A stretch of 64,000 nt of DNA from NCBI RefSeq assembly GCF_004010195.1, contig NC_057718.1, forward strand, positions 31,233,622-31,297,621, written 5' to 3'. Positions 1 through 11,329 of the stretch are shown piece after piece (position 1 is the first letter of the stretch; every line of letters begins with the position of its first letter). The position numbers and the translations under genes were made by a program. The notes below the pieces were generated by a model, which worked only from the letters and a program-made list of their open reading frames with translations, did not search any database and had not been told where the DNA came from. The DNA comes from Chiloscyllium plagiosum (lineage: Eukaryota).

Positions 1-94
1 AGTCATGAGCAGGGGTAGTGTTCCCCTCGGGGTTCTGGGGGGTGGGGACCTCCAGCAACATGATCCCCTTGACTTGTCCGGACTTGTCCGACCT

Positions 95-345
95 GCCCAG
101 CTCCTTTTCCACCTATCCACTCCACCCTCTCCTCCCTGACCTATCACCTTCATCTCCTCCCCCACTGACCTATTGTACTCTATGCTACTCTATCCCCATC
201 CCCACCCTCCTCTAGCTTATCTCTCCACGCTTCAGGCTCTCTGCCTTTATTCCTGATGAAGGGCTTTTGCCCGAAACGTCGATTTCGAAGCTTTTCGGAT
301 GCTGCCTGAACTGCTGTGCTCTTCCAGCACCACTGATCCATATTT
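95..345 (+). mobile_element. Penelope-like element 3' UTR/pLTR fragment containing a hammerhead motif
   Basis: Pyrimidine-rich tract, then ttcctgatgaagggcttttgcccgaaacgtcg and ggatgctgcctgaactgctgtgctcttccagcacc. The same layout follows a GIY-YIG remnant at 58940-59385 (-). Confidence 0.75.
249..284 (+). ncRNA. Minimal type I hammerhead ribozyme motif (family A), core intact
   Basis: CUGAUGA 253-259, extra A, GGGC-UUUU-GCCC stem II, GAAA 273-276, palindromic ACGU helix III, GUC site (C280). Weak helix I AUUC/GAUU. Confidence 0.75.
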
Positions 346-454
346 CTTTTTGCTGCAGATTATAACTTTGCTACAATTGTTTGACTACACCCTGAAATGG
401 AGAGAAGCTAAAATTATACTGTAGCTTGGAATAAGCATCTGTGAGTTCATCACC

Positions 455-726
455 ATGGTGGCACAGTGGTTAGCACTGCTGCCTCACTGCACTAGAGACC
501 CGGGTTCAATTCCTGCCTCAGGTGACTGACTGTGTGGAGTTTGCACATTCTCCCTGTGTCTGCGTGGGTTTGCTCTGGTTTCCTCCCACAGTCCAAAAAT
601 GTGCAGGTTAGGTGAATTGGCCATGCTAAATTGCCTGTAGTGTTAGGTGTAGGGGAAGGGGTCTAGGTGAGTTGTGGGTCGGTGTGGACTTGATGGGCCT
701 GTTTCCACACTGTAAGTAATCTAATA
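455..726 (+). mobile_element. HE1-type tRNA-derived V-SINE
   Basis: A box ggtggcacagtggttagc, B box gggttcaattcc, V-domain gtgtggagtttgcacattctccc...ggtttcctcccacagtccaaa, HER1-like tail cctgtttccacactgtaagtaatctaat. Confidence 0.9.
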
Positions 727-1129
727 TCATCATCAGAAATGTCCAATAATCATTGCCTTCGAATGAAACCACAGGGCTGAAATATTCCAGACATTATTTT
801 GGAGACTGATAATAGAATTTATTATTCTTTAGACTCTTTAAGAAATCTAAGTACAAGTTACATTTTTTGGTAATCATCATTTCTTTTGTGCAAGTGTCAT
901 GTGTAAAAGAGTGTGTCGATGTTGTGCATTTATGTTTTATAAGTTGAATCCTTTTCTAAAATTAATTAGTTTAAACTTACCCGGGAACCAGTCGTGTCTG
1001 TTCATGAAAATCATAGCACTCAAGCAGTTAAAATATTTTTCTTTAAACTGTATCTTATTGCAATCAGTTGAAAAGGAGTAAATTATGGAACATCTCTTTC
1101 TTGTTTGTTGCAAGCATTTATTCAATAAG

Positions 1130-1560
1130 AAACATGGCTGCTACAAGAAATGTAGGAGTGCAAAATATTAATATATTGAAATAATGGATCGGGACTTTGG
1201 TGATCTGAGATCTGAGATCCTACAAGTGAGCCCAACACAGTGATGGAAGTTTCCCTGACATCTGCAGCAATGACGAGAGCAGGGGAGATTGAGCCAATGT
1301 GGGGAAAGTGTGCCAAAGTGGAGGAGATCAAGCCCTTATAGGAAGTGTGGTTCCATGATGGCTAGCACTTAAGAAAGACTTTAATACTAAGAAAGAATAT
1401 CATGTTTAACTTTTAACTTTATTCCTTATTTATTTTTACCTTGTTCTTAAGTTTTTGTACCTTGGTACTTGTACCTAAGATGGCGCTGTGTGTGGCAACA
1501 TTGAAAACTTTTCACTGTACTCCTATTTGAGTGCACGTGACAATAAAGTCTAAATCTAAT
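1130..1560 (+). mobile_element. Non-autonomous retroelement with LINE-like 3' tail (5' boundary uncertain)
   Basis: 3' end acttttcactgtactcc...cacgtgacaataaagtctaaatctaa, shared with the element at ~3450-4125. Confidence 0.45.
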
Positions 1561-2017
1561 AAGCAGAATTTCATACATTCCCCAAGACATGTTTGGAAGA
1601 GGAATGAAGTTTAATCAGGCAAGAAGGTGCTGAGTGGGGACCTTGCTGCCTTCCTGAATCTGCATCAATAAAAGGTTTTCCATTCTGATGCCAGTTAAGG
1701 TCCTTAAGTGGACAATTAATGCTCATTCAAGGACACCTCCTCACTGCTGCTGATATTCAACCAAAGGTTGAGGGATATGGAATCGCTAAGAGGGGAACTC
1801 TAAGAGCCACAACATTATCCTCATTGCCAACTTCCTTCCCTGTCCTGCAGACCTCCCAACTTGAGACCGCCCCTCCTGCCTTTGCTGATAACTGTACTGC
1901 CAGTACCGGCTACAGCACCCACTGGCGCTGACTGTACTGGACAGCAGTTTGTTTTGGATTGGCCAGCAGCTCTCAAGGGCATGATATCCATAGTACAGGT
2001 CATTGATTTTGGGGAAG

Positions 2018-2064
2018 GTCAAAAATCACACAACACCTAGTTATCATCCAACAGATTTATTTGT
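2018..2064. repeat. Short fragment of the family-B PLE-derived fold-back element arm
   Basis: aaaaatcacacaacacctagttatcatccaacagatttatttg matches the arms at 36166-36201 and 55035-55080. Confidence 0.6.
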
Positions 2065-3449
2065 CTGTGTTAGCCTGCTTTCAGACAACAGCAAGGGCAC
2101 TCATTGATTAGTAGGGATGGGAATAGATAAGCTGTTATTCTGAAAGTGAACAAGTTTTTTTGCTCCTTGAAGCCATTGTCCCTCTTCAAGAGCAGTCCCT
2201 CAGCAATCCTCACAAAGTACTGGAAGAGACATGCTGCAATACCCTGCAAAATACATAGGAATACAAAGGCATGAGGGCAGCAGCCTGAGCTGCAATTTCA
2301 GATTCCACTGCAGTAGTTAGACTTCTGGTGAAAGCTGCTGCTGAATTTCCCCATGCAGCTGATACTGAATATAAGTTTATTTTCATAGGCTTCATAACAT
2401 GTGAAATATTTTTGTTGTGTACTTCCATTTTACGTAGTTGGTACATCAAAATCCCGACTTGTGTACTCTACAGAAATCCTACACAACCACACCTTGGTCA
2501 GATAGCATCTATACTATTCTTGCCCTTTGTTCTGGCTGTGGTGTATTTATGCTTAGTATTTGCTGTTGTTAGATCCTGATTGTGTGCTATCATCTAGGCT
2601 ATACACTGTGACAGGATCTGAGTTGATGGCTGCAAGAGTGAAATCAAGTAATGATCTGCCTTCGTCATTGTTGTCTTCTTGTTTCACCTCAGCTATTGGG
2701 TAGCTTCCATTTTTTTTGGATAGCTGAAAGGACAAGGGGACAAAGTATTAATATCTGTTTAATCACATTGTTAAGTTTGCTAATATTTTTATTTGATGTT
2801 AAGAAAAAACAGGTGGTGGCTGTGAATTCACTGAGCACTATATATAGAGAGCACCTGCACTAATGACTGTAATTGAGAAAGAAAGTCAATATATGTGCTT
2901 TTTTTAAAAGTGAAGGCATATGTATCTTAGCTTCAGCCTTTCCAACTGGCTTGGATTCTATTAGAAAAGTAAAGTGTGAATAGCATGCTTATGATCATAA
3001 TTCAGGAGATATTGTGGGCTTAATGGGAAATAAGATGTCTGAAAATGGAATGGCCATGAAGATAGTGTTAATGGATTCAGCCCTGCCAAGTTGATCCAAA
3101 ATTGGTTATTTCTATAATGGTCAGTGTTGCCTGTTCCATGACAGTTGGATTAGATATACATGTCTCTTCCTAACTCTGGTTAGTTTTCACGAGTTAAGTG
3201 GCACCAGCAAGACAGGGAAATGTTAATGAGGTTTATGCAACATCTGGGTGATGTGGCTAAAATGAATGACTGACTGATTTCAGCGTATGTATGCTGTGAT
3301 ATTTGGGTGTCAGACTAAGTGTGCTAAGTGTGAAATGGTGGAAATATGTCTAAGAGATGAATTGAGCAAGGAGGTGATTAAATGTACAGAGATTCAATAT
3401 AGAAATGAAAGAGGGAGGTAACTGCTTTATTATTTCTTTTTAAAAAAAG

Positions 3450-4125
3450 ATGGTGGTGAATTAGAGCTTCTGAGCCTGAGGCATATCCACTTTGTCCACC
3501 CTTTTCCTTTTCTTTTCCTCTGTTTTCTCTTTCTTAGTTTTTCTGTTTTATTTAACTCCCTTTCCCCACCCCGACCCCGACCCCGACCCTGACCCCGGGA
3601 AGAACTTTGTCACAGTGATGGTGACAGAGTGGGACCTGCAGTGCTGACACACAGCTGCTACGGCAAAGGTGCCTGTGTCCAGCCCAAATTCATGGAAGTG
3701 GCGGAGGAGGTGAGTTTGGGCCCAGTATGAAAACCGGGACATTATCAGCGGCTGCATTGGTGAGGTGGGCCTGAAGCAAACTTGTGTTGGAGTCAAATTT
3801 GGGCTGATGCAGTACCTGGTGGCATCTGCATTGGTGAGGTCCATTGAGGACTCCTGTTGGTGGAGGGGAGATAGTGCTGAAGAGTGGAAACTTTCATTCC
3901 AGCAGCATAGCAAAGGGAACTGGTGCATGGCCATCAGGCCCATGACCCATGCTGGAGCACTTAACAAGAAGGGCTATAAAGTCTTTTGTTTCTTCATTTT
4001 TCTGCCTTCATACTGTATGTTTTGGTTTTTATTTGTGTTTTAAGATTGTGCTGGACAGTGGTGACGCTATACAACACTTTTCACTGTATTTTGTAACACA
4101 ATTCATGTGACATTAAATAAATGAG
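3450..4125 (+). mobile_element. Non-autonomous retroelement with LINE-like tail and internal (CCCCGA)n
   Basis: Ends acacttttcactgtattttg...catgtgacattaaataaat, like the 1130-1560 element; hexamer repeat at ~3565-3597. Confidence 0.45.
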
Positions 4126-4477
4126 AAATCACAGTTAGAGGGAACCTTTTCCAGGGAAGGGGGAGAAACTGGAAGATAAAATATTCAAATAGGAGATACA
4201 AAAATCCAGATCAGATATGAAATCCGTCAGAAGTAAGGGTTGTGCAGCAAATGCTAAGGTTAATTATTTAAGTAGAGACATTAAAATTGTATTTTGGATT
4301 AAAGTAGCATATTTATTTAATCAAAGCATGCATGTTTAAAGCAAGTATGAACGTTATAGAAGTGATCCAGATGGTTAAGAGGAATGATGAAAATAACACT
4401 GCCAGATCACAATTTATCAATGTTTTAGTAAGTAAACAACTAAAACAAACAACTGTCAGATGGGAGAAATATCTAAG

Positions 4478-4620
4478 ACCATAAGAAATAAGAACAGGAA
4501 AGGCTCTTTGGCCCTTCTAGGCTGCTGCACTATTGAATAACTTCATGGCTGATTTAACATTCCTCACATTCACTTTCATGTATTTGCCCATAACCCATTT
4601 ATTTCTTCGACTGATCAAGA
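4478..4620 (-). mobile_element. CR1-family LINE 3' end (outer host element, resumes at 8159)
   Basis: ccataagaaataagaacagg...gctgatttaac tail like the element at 30035; sequence continues after the nested insertion. Confidence 0.75.
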
Positions 4621-4834
4621 AACAGGGAAAGCAGATGAACTCCGGGCATGGTGAGGAACATGGGACTGGGATATCATAGCAATTACAGAAACATGGCTCA
4701 GGGATGGGCAGGACTGGCAACTTAATGTTCCAGGATACAAATGCTACAGGAAGGATAGAAAGGGAGGCAAGAGAGGAGGGGGAGTGGTATTTTTGATAAA
4801 GGATAGCATTATAGCTGTGTTGAGGGAGGATATT
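4621..4834 (+). mobile_element. HER1/CR1 LINE ORF2 endonuclease N-terminal fragment
   Basis: Reads WDWDIIAITETWLRDGQDWQLNVPGYKCYRKDRKGGKRGGGV, an APE endonuclease motif. Confidence 0.85.
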
Positions 4835-5535
4835 CATAGAACATAGAAGAATACAGCGCAGTACAGGCCCTTTGGCCCTCGATGTTGCGCCGATCCAAGC
4901 CCACCTAACCTATACTAACCCACTATCCTCCATATACCTATCCAATGCCCGCTTAAATGCCCATACAGAGGGAGAGTCCACCACTGCTACTGGCAAGGCA
5001 TTCCATGAACTGACGACTCGCTGAGTGAAGAACCTACCCCAACTTCAGTCCTATATCTACCCCCCCCACCTTAATTTATAGCTATGCCCTCTTGTAATAC
5101 CCGACTCCATACGCGGAAAAAGGTTCACACTGTCAACCCTATCTAACCCCCTAATCATCTTGTACACCTCAATCAAGTCACCCCTAAACCTTCCTTTCTC
5201 TAATGAAAACAGCCCCAAGTGTCTCAATCTTTCCTCATACGATCTTCCTTCCATACCAGGCAACATCCTGGTAAACCTCCTCTGCACCCGTTCCAGTGCC
5301 TCCACATCCTTCCTATAGTATGGCAACCAAAACTGCACACAATATTCCAGATGCGGCCGCACCAGAGTCTTATACAACTGCATCATGACCTCAGGACTCC
5401 GGAACCCAATTCCTCTACCAATAAAAGCCAGTACGCCATATGCCTTCCTCACCGCACTATTTACCTGGGTGGCAACTTTCAGAGATCTGTGTACATGGAC
5501 ACCAAGATCCCTCTGCTCATCCACACTACCAAGTA
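4835..5535 (-). mobile_element. HER1-like CR1 LINE, 5'-truncated, (CATAGAA)n-type tail
   Basis: ORF 5057-5524 LYKTLVRPHLEYCVQFW...LERVQRRFTRMLPG; tail catagaacatagaa. Confidence 0.9.
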
Positions 5536-5559
5536 TAAGGGCGCAGGCTCAGAGGGCCG

Positions 5560-6264
5560 ATGTGTCTACTCATGCACTGTGTAGATCTTTGTGGTAAACC
5601 TCCCTCCGACTTTCCACATCAAACACTGGTATGACAGGGTTCGTGTATATTTGGATATTAAGTGAGGCTTCTTCGACATGGTCCTCATCAAACTCTCCCA
5701 GGACAGTTACGAGATCGTGTTAGATACAGATAATACCTTCCTGACACTATCCCCATCAAATAATATGTGATATGAATAAAACGGCGTTGGATACAAAGTA
5801 ATACACGACTAGAGGTCCCCCACCAAAATTCCCAGAACAGGGACAGCATTGGGTCAGATATGCATTAAATCTTCTTGTCCACCGTCCCTATCAAATACTC
5901 CCAAGGCTGGAACAATATGGGTTTAGATACACAGCAGAGCTGCCTCTATACTGTTCCCATCTAACAAACCCATTACAGGGTTAGGAGGGGGTTAAAGGCA
6001 GAGGAAATCTCTCTCTGTACTGTCCCTCATTCATCACTCCAATTACTGGGACAGAATGTGACTACGTACAGAGTAAAAATGTCTCGACACTGTCCTCATC
6101 AAACTCTGCGAGAACAGGGAGAGAACGAGGATTGATACAGCATAAATAGTGCTCTGCACTGTGCTCAGTAAAAACTCCCAGGATTCATACAGGACCTGGT
6201 TAAATACAGAGAAGAGCTCTTTCGACAAGGTCCACATCAAATACTCCAAGGACTGGGACAGTAT
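5560..6264. repeat. Diverged tandem array, about 10 units of 67-70 bp
   Basis: Anchor (ctgtccc)catcaaa at 5617, 5686, 5754, 5821, 5889, 5958, 6028, 6097, 6166, 6235. Approximate consensus ctgtccccatcaaacactcccaggacagggacagcacggggttagatacagagtaaagctccctctaca. Confidence 0.85.
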
Positions 6265-8158
6265 CTTAAGAGGGAAATCAGGAGGGCAAAAAGGGGACAT
6301 GAGTTAGCTTTGGCAAATAGAATTAAGGAGAATTCAAAGGGTTTTTACAAATTCATTTAAGGACAAAAGGGTAACTAGGGAGAGAATAGGGCCCCTCAAA
6401 GATCAGCAAGGATGCTTTTGTGTGGAGCTGCAGAAAATGGGGGAGATACTAAATGAGTATTTTGCATCAGTATTTACTGTGGAAAAGGATATGGAAGATA
6501 TAGACGTAGGGAAATAGATGGTGACACCTTGCAAAATGTCCATATTACAGAGGAGGGAGTGCTGGATGTCTTGAAATGGGTAAAGGGGGATAAATCCCCA
6601 GGACCTGATCAGGTGTACCCAAGAACTCTGTGGGAAGCTAGAGAAGTGATTGCTGGGCCTCTTGATGAGATATTTGTATCATCGATAATCACAGGTGAGA
6701 TGCTGGAAGACCGGAGGTTGGCTAACGTGGTGCCATTGTTTAAGAAGTGTGGTAAGGACATGCCAGGGAACTATAGACCAGTGAGCCTGATGTTGGTGGT
6801 GGGCACGTTTTTGGAGGTAATCCTGAAGGACAGGAGGTACATGTATTTGGAAAGGCAAGGACTGATTAGGGATAGTCAACATGGCTTTGTGCATGGGAAT
6901 TCATGTCTCACAAACTTGATTGAGGTTTTGAAGAAGTAACAAAGAGGATTGATGAGGGCAGAGCGGTAGATGTGATCTATATGGACTTCAGTAAGGCGTT
7001 TGACAAAGTTCCCCATTTTGAGACTGATTAGCAAGGTTAGATCTCACAGAATACAAGGAGAACTAACCATTTGGATACCAGAACTGGTTCAAAGTTGGAA
7101 GACAGAGGTTGGTGGTGGAGGGTTGTTTTTCAAATTGGAAGCATGTGAGCAGTGGAGTGCCACAAGGATCGGTGCTGGGTCCTCTACTTTTTGTCATTTA
7201 CATAAATGATTTGGATACGAGCATAAGAGGTACAGTTAGTAAGTTTGCAGATGACACCAAAATTGGAGTGTAGTGGACAGCGAAGAGGGTTACCTCGGAT
7301 TATAACAGGATATGGACCAGATGGGCCAATGGGCTGAGAAGTGGCAGATGGAGTTTAATTCGGATAAATGCGAGGTGCTGCATTTTGGGAAATCAAATCT
7401 TAGCAGTACTTATACATTTAATGGTAAGGTCCTAGGGAGTGTTGCTGAACAAAGAGACCTTGGAGTGGAGGTTCATGTCTCCTTGAAAGTGGAGTCACAG
7501 GTAGATAGGATAGTGAAGAAGGCGTTTGGTATGCTTTCTTTTGTTTGGTCAGAGTATTGACTACAGGAGTTGGGAGATCATGTTGCGGCTGAACAGGACA
7601 TTGGTTGGACCACTATTGGAATATTGCGTGCAATTCTGGTCTCCTTCCTATTGGAAAGATGTTGTGAAATTTGAAAGGGTTCAGAAAAAATTTACAAGGA
7701 TGTTGCCTGGGTTGGAGGATTTGAGCTATGGATAGGCTGGGGCTGTTTTCCCTGGACCGTCGGAGGCTGAGGGGTGATCTTATAGAGGTTTACAAAATTA
7801 TGAGGGGCATGGATAGCGTAAATAGACACAGTCTTTTCCCTGAGGTCGGGGAGCCCAGAACTAGAGGGCATAGGTTTAGGGTGAGAGGGGAAAGATATAA
7901 AAGAGACCTTAGGGGCAACTCTTTCACACAGAGGATGGTACGTGTATGGAATGAGCTGCTGGAGGATGTGGTGGAGGCTAGTGCAATTGCAACATTTAAG
8001 AAGCATTTGGATGGGTATATGAATAGGTAGGGTTTGGAGGGATATGAGCCAGGTGCTAGCAGGTAGGACTAGATTGGGTTGGGATATCTGGTCAGCATGG
8101 ACGGGTTGGACCGACAGGTCTGTTTCCATGCTGTACATCTCTATGACACTATGACTCT
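6265..8158 (+). mobile_element. HER1/CR1 LINE ORF2 RT region and 3' end, decayed
   Basis: KSPGPDQVYPR, NYRPVSL, QHGF, SKFADD (~7238-7255), LEYCVQFW; (CTATGACT)n-type tail. Confidence 0.95.
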
Positions 8159-8875
8159 AATCTATCTCAACCTTAACTATACACAAGGACTGTGTCCCAC
8201 AGTTATATGTGGCAAGGAATTCCAAAGACTTTTCACTCTCTTAGAGAAGAAATTCCTCCTCATCTCAATCTTAAATTGGCATCCCTTTATTCTGAGACTA
8301 TATCTTCTGATCCTAGGCTCTCCAGTGAAGGAAAAATCCTTTTGGCATTTACCCTGTCAAGTACCTTAAGCATTCTGCATGTTTCAATGAGATTACACCT
8401 CATTCTTCTGAACTCCAGTGTGTAGAATCCCAACCTATTTGGCCTTTGTTCATAAGACAATCCCTTCATGGCAGAGATCATCCCAGTGGATCTTCTCTGA
8501 ACTGCCTCCAATGAAATGATATCTTTCCTTTTTTCAAAGGAACCAAACCTGCTCACAGTACTCCAGATGTAGTCAGAGAAAGTGAGAACTGCAAATGCTG
8601 GTGAGTCAGAGTTGAAAAGTGTGGTGCTGGAAAAGCACAGCAGGTCAGATAACATCCAAGGAGCAGGAGGGACAATGTTTCAGGCATAAGCCCTTCATCC
8701 TGACCCTGCTGTTCCTTGGATGCTGCCTGATCTGTGCTTTTCCAGCACAACACTTTTCGACTCCAAGTGTGGTCTCACCAGCACCTTGTATAGCTGCAGT
8801 AAGACTTCCTTACTCTTGTATTCCAACATTCCATTAGCCTTCCTGATTACCTGCTGTACCCTGTATGCTACCTTT
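8159..8875 (-). mobile_element. CR1 LINE, continuation of 4478-4620, interrupted by a PLE mini-element
   Basis: ORF 8287-8655 KDIISLEAVQRR...LEFRRMRCNLIETCRML. Confidence 0.8.
8575..8760. mobile_element. PLE-derived fold-back mini-element (family A), hammerhead core damaged
   Basis: Inverted arms gaaaagtgtggtgctggaaaagcacag / ctgtgcttttccagcacaacacttttc; degenerate TSD ctccagatgtagtc / ctccaagtgtggtc. Confidence 0.8.
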
Positions 8876-9059
8876 GATCAGCCATGACTCTACTGAATGG
8901 TGAGCAGGCTTGAGGAGACAAATGGCCTACTCCTTATGGTCTTAAGAGATCTAAGAACTTCATAGCAAAATATTGCAATGTCTAAGGAGCCTAAGCCTTC
9001 ACATAATTTATAGTGCAGTTTTTTTTTCAAGAAGGAATAATTTCAAAGGAAGGAGAAAT

Positions 9060-10950
9060 CATTGATAACCAGCAAAGGAATGTCAAAGGTGAGTTGTCAG
9101 AATTTCCAAAAGTTTCCTTCATTTAAATGTAACAAATCTGATCTCCTAATAGAATTTAAAACATTCTGTTCAGAATTATGGTCTCTTGTTTCAAATTTGT
9201 CCAATGCAGGGAAGCAACCAATAAAGATTTGCTTAGTTATTGGGAGCAAAAATTTGTACAGACTAAACACTAGGATTAACAGCCGAACAGCTGAAAGATC
9301 TGCGTAAATTTATTGACCACATCAGAAGACCAATTCAGAGTCAAGTTAAACTCACATACTCATCTATTGAAACTCATGTCATTTAAACAAGCATATTGAA
9401 TCCGTAGACTGCTTTGTGAGCAGATGCAGAGAAAAGGGCTCATTGTGAGTTTTTCAGATGGAAAAGTAAGATTTTCTTGGCATAGTGTGGAAAAGTTGCT
9501 GAGAGGTGGTGATCCTTAAAGGTCAGGAAAGCTTATAAGTCCTAAGTACAAACTTGAAGTTTGACATAATTATTAGAACACAAACATAACAAGACATGGA
9601 AATGTCCATTGGCAGAGGTAAGGCACTGGAGCAAATGCTAGTGCACCTACAAAGTACTATGCACTGACCAAAACAGACTGTACTCTGGTATCCTGCCAGA
9701 GCCCTATAATTAAAGTCACTGATGAATCAGAATCTGACTCTCTCCAACTGGAGGCAAAGAATGGTGAAAACATGTTTCAAACAGTAACTCTTGTGGAAAC
9801 AGAAACATCATCCAACTATCCAAAGATTTGGGGAAAAATTGAATTATTATCTTCTGAAAACTAGTGACTACTCACCATTGGCTGAAATCGACATAGGCAA
9901 GTGTGAGAATACTTTCCTTGAAACTCAAGAAAAATGTACGTGCAGACAGGGGCAGCCATGAAAAAAGATGTGAATGTAAAAATTACAGAGTATAATGGCT
10001 GAACAATTCCATATGCAGGATCAATATTGGTAGAGTGGAGCTTCAATCTGCCTGGACATCACAGATGTTCTAAATATAAACATTGCTGGATCAGCAATTG
10101 TAGGTGCTGTGATCTTACAATAGTCACAATCCATGGAATCAGGGCAAAAACTGCAGCAGGATTTTTAGGAAACACTTGCCGAACCAAATACATAAAAAGA
10201 GAACACTTTATTTTTTTTTAATTAATGGAGTTAAAATTTCAGCTCGATGCTCTGGTGGGGAAAATGAAAGCCTCAGAGGAAAAGACACAGCTACTAACTC
10301 AGGTTAAATCCATACTTTGAGAGTACTATCTTGCAGATGATGACATTATTAGTGCGAAGACTGTCTTTATATTTTTGTGCTTTTTTAAAAACAAATGTTG
10401 GCTGAAATGGGGAAGAACTGTTTTAAAACCAATGTCTTAAAAGATTGCTGCATGTTTAGAAAAGGAAGTGACCTGACACTCATGGTAAGGATTGTGTAAA
10501 CAATTGTTTAAACAAGGAGTCATTGAAATGGTCACAGATGATTTGGAGATGAGGGATTCTGCATATTGATTCAGCTGGGTGGCAACAGGAAGTTGATTGG
10601 TCACTGGTCCATATACCACTTATTGTTGACAAATATTTTGTCTGCCAGCAACGGTATGAATGCTTCTCAGAACCATTTGAGCTGGCAACAAGATGGAGAG
10701 AAGTGTTTCGATTTTTACCATTACCAGGGCTAATTCTGTGTTCTCTACAGTCAAAATCCACTTTACACTTGAAGAAAACCAGTTCACTTTTCCTTCAGCA
10801 CTTGTTGTAAGCAGTGATTTTAACTAATAAGTCAGACTTTTAAAGAGAATCAGTCACCTTGTGTCTCTTGCAAACCAGCAGAGGCAGCTGAAGAAGGATG
10901 AACAAAAAGCAATATTCTGACCAGCAGAAGAATCATAAGGATCATCTCAG
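9060..10950 (+). mobile_element. Heavily decayed Ty3/Gypsy internal relic (gag-PR-RT-INT traces), no LTRs found
   Basis: Gag-like KFPSF..SDLLIEFK..KQPIKICLVIG..LYRLN and EDQFRVKLN..LMSFKQ..ESVDCFVSRCR; protease-like LAEIDIG (~9878-9898); YLADDDII (~10327); LIVDKYF (~10618). Confidence 0.55.
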
Positions 10951-11329
10951 CAACCGATGAATGAATAGAAACTACTGAACTGCATTCTAGTTTTTCCTCG
11001 GCCTAAAAACTATTTGCGTGTGTGTGAAGTAATTTTTAGAAGGAAACTAATGTTTGCAAAATACTAGCATTTTATGAAAATGTATTCTTGTAAAAGACGG
11101 AACTGGAATGCATCAGCTTCCCAAAGCATGGATGGGTCTAACAGGATGGGTCAAATGCCTTTTTCCAAGTTATAGACTTCTATGATTTTGATGCTGCACT
11201 TCTGCAATCCCTGGTTTGCAATTTCCCTTCACTTAACGAGCAAGGACAACTTTCCTACTAATATTTTGAATACATAGGTGCTTTTTTTTTTAGTCTGTAG
11301 CATCTTTAAACACTTGTCTGTGTGGCTGC

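Noticed and set aside
455..530. tRNA gene (also 14720-14802, 25480-25555, 47935-48007)
   Set aside because: A and B boxes belong to SINE heads followed by SINE bodies; no convincing cloverleaf
3548..4043. 139-aa and 92-aa ORFs as host genes
   Set aside because: They lie within a repeat-like element; the GSGSGS stretch comes from a hexamer repeat; no recognisable domain
5560..6264. CRISPR-like array (regular 69-bp period)
   Set aside because: The would-be spacers are homologous to each other, there is no invariant repeat and no cas genes, and the context is vertebrate. It is a diverged satellite.
10872..10892. CTCF-like motif ccagcagaggcagc
   Set aside because: One base short of the consensus spacing and inside a decayed retroelement region
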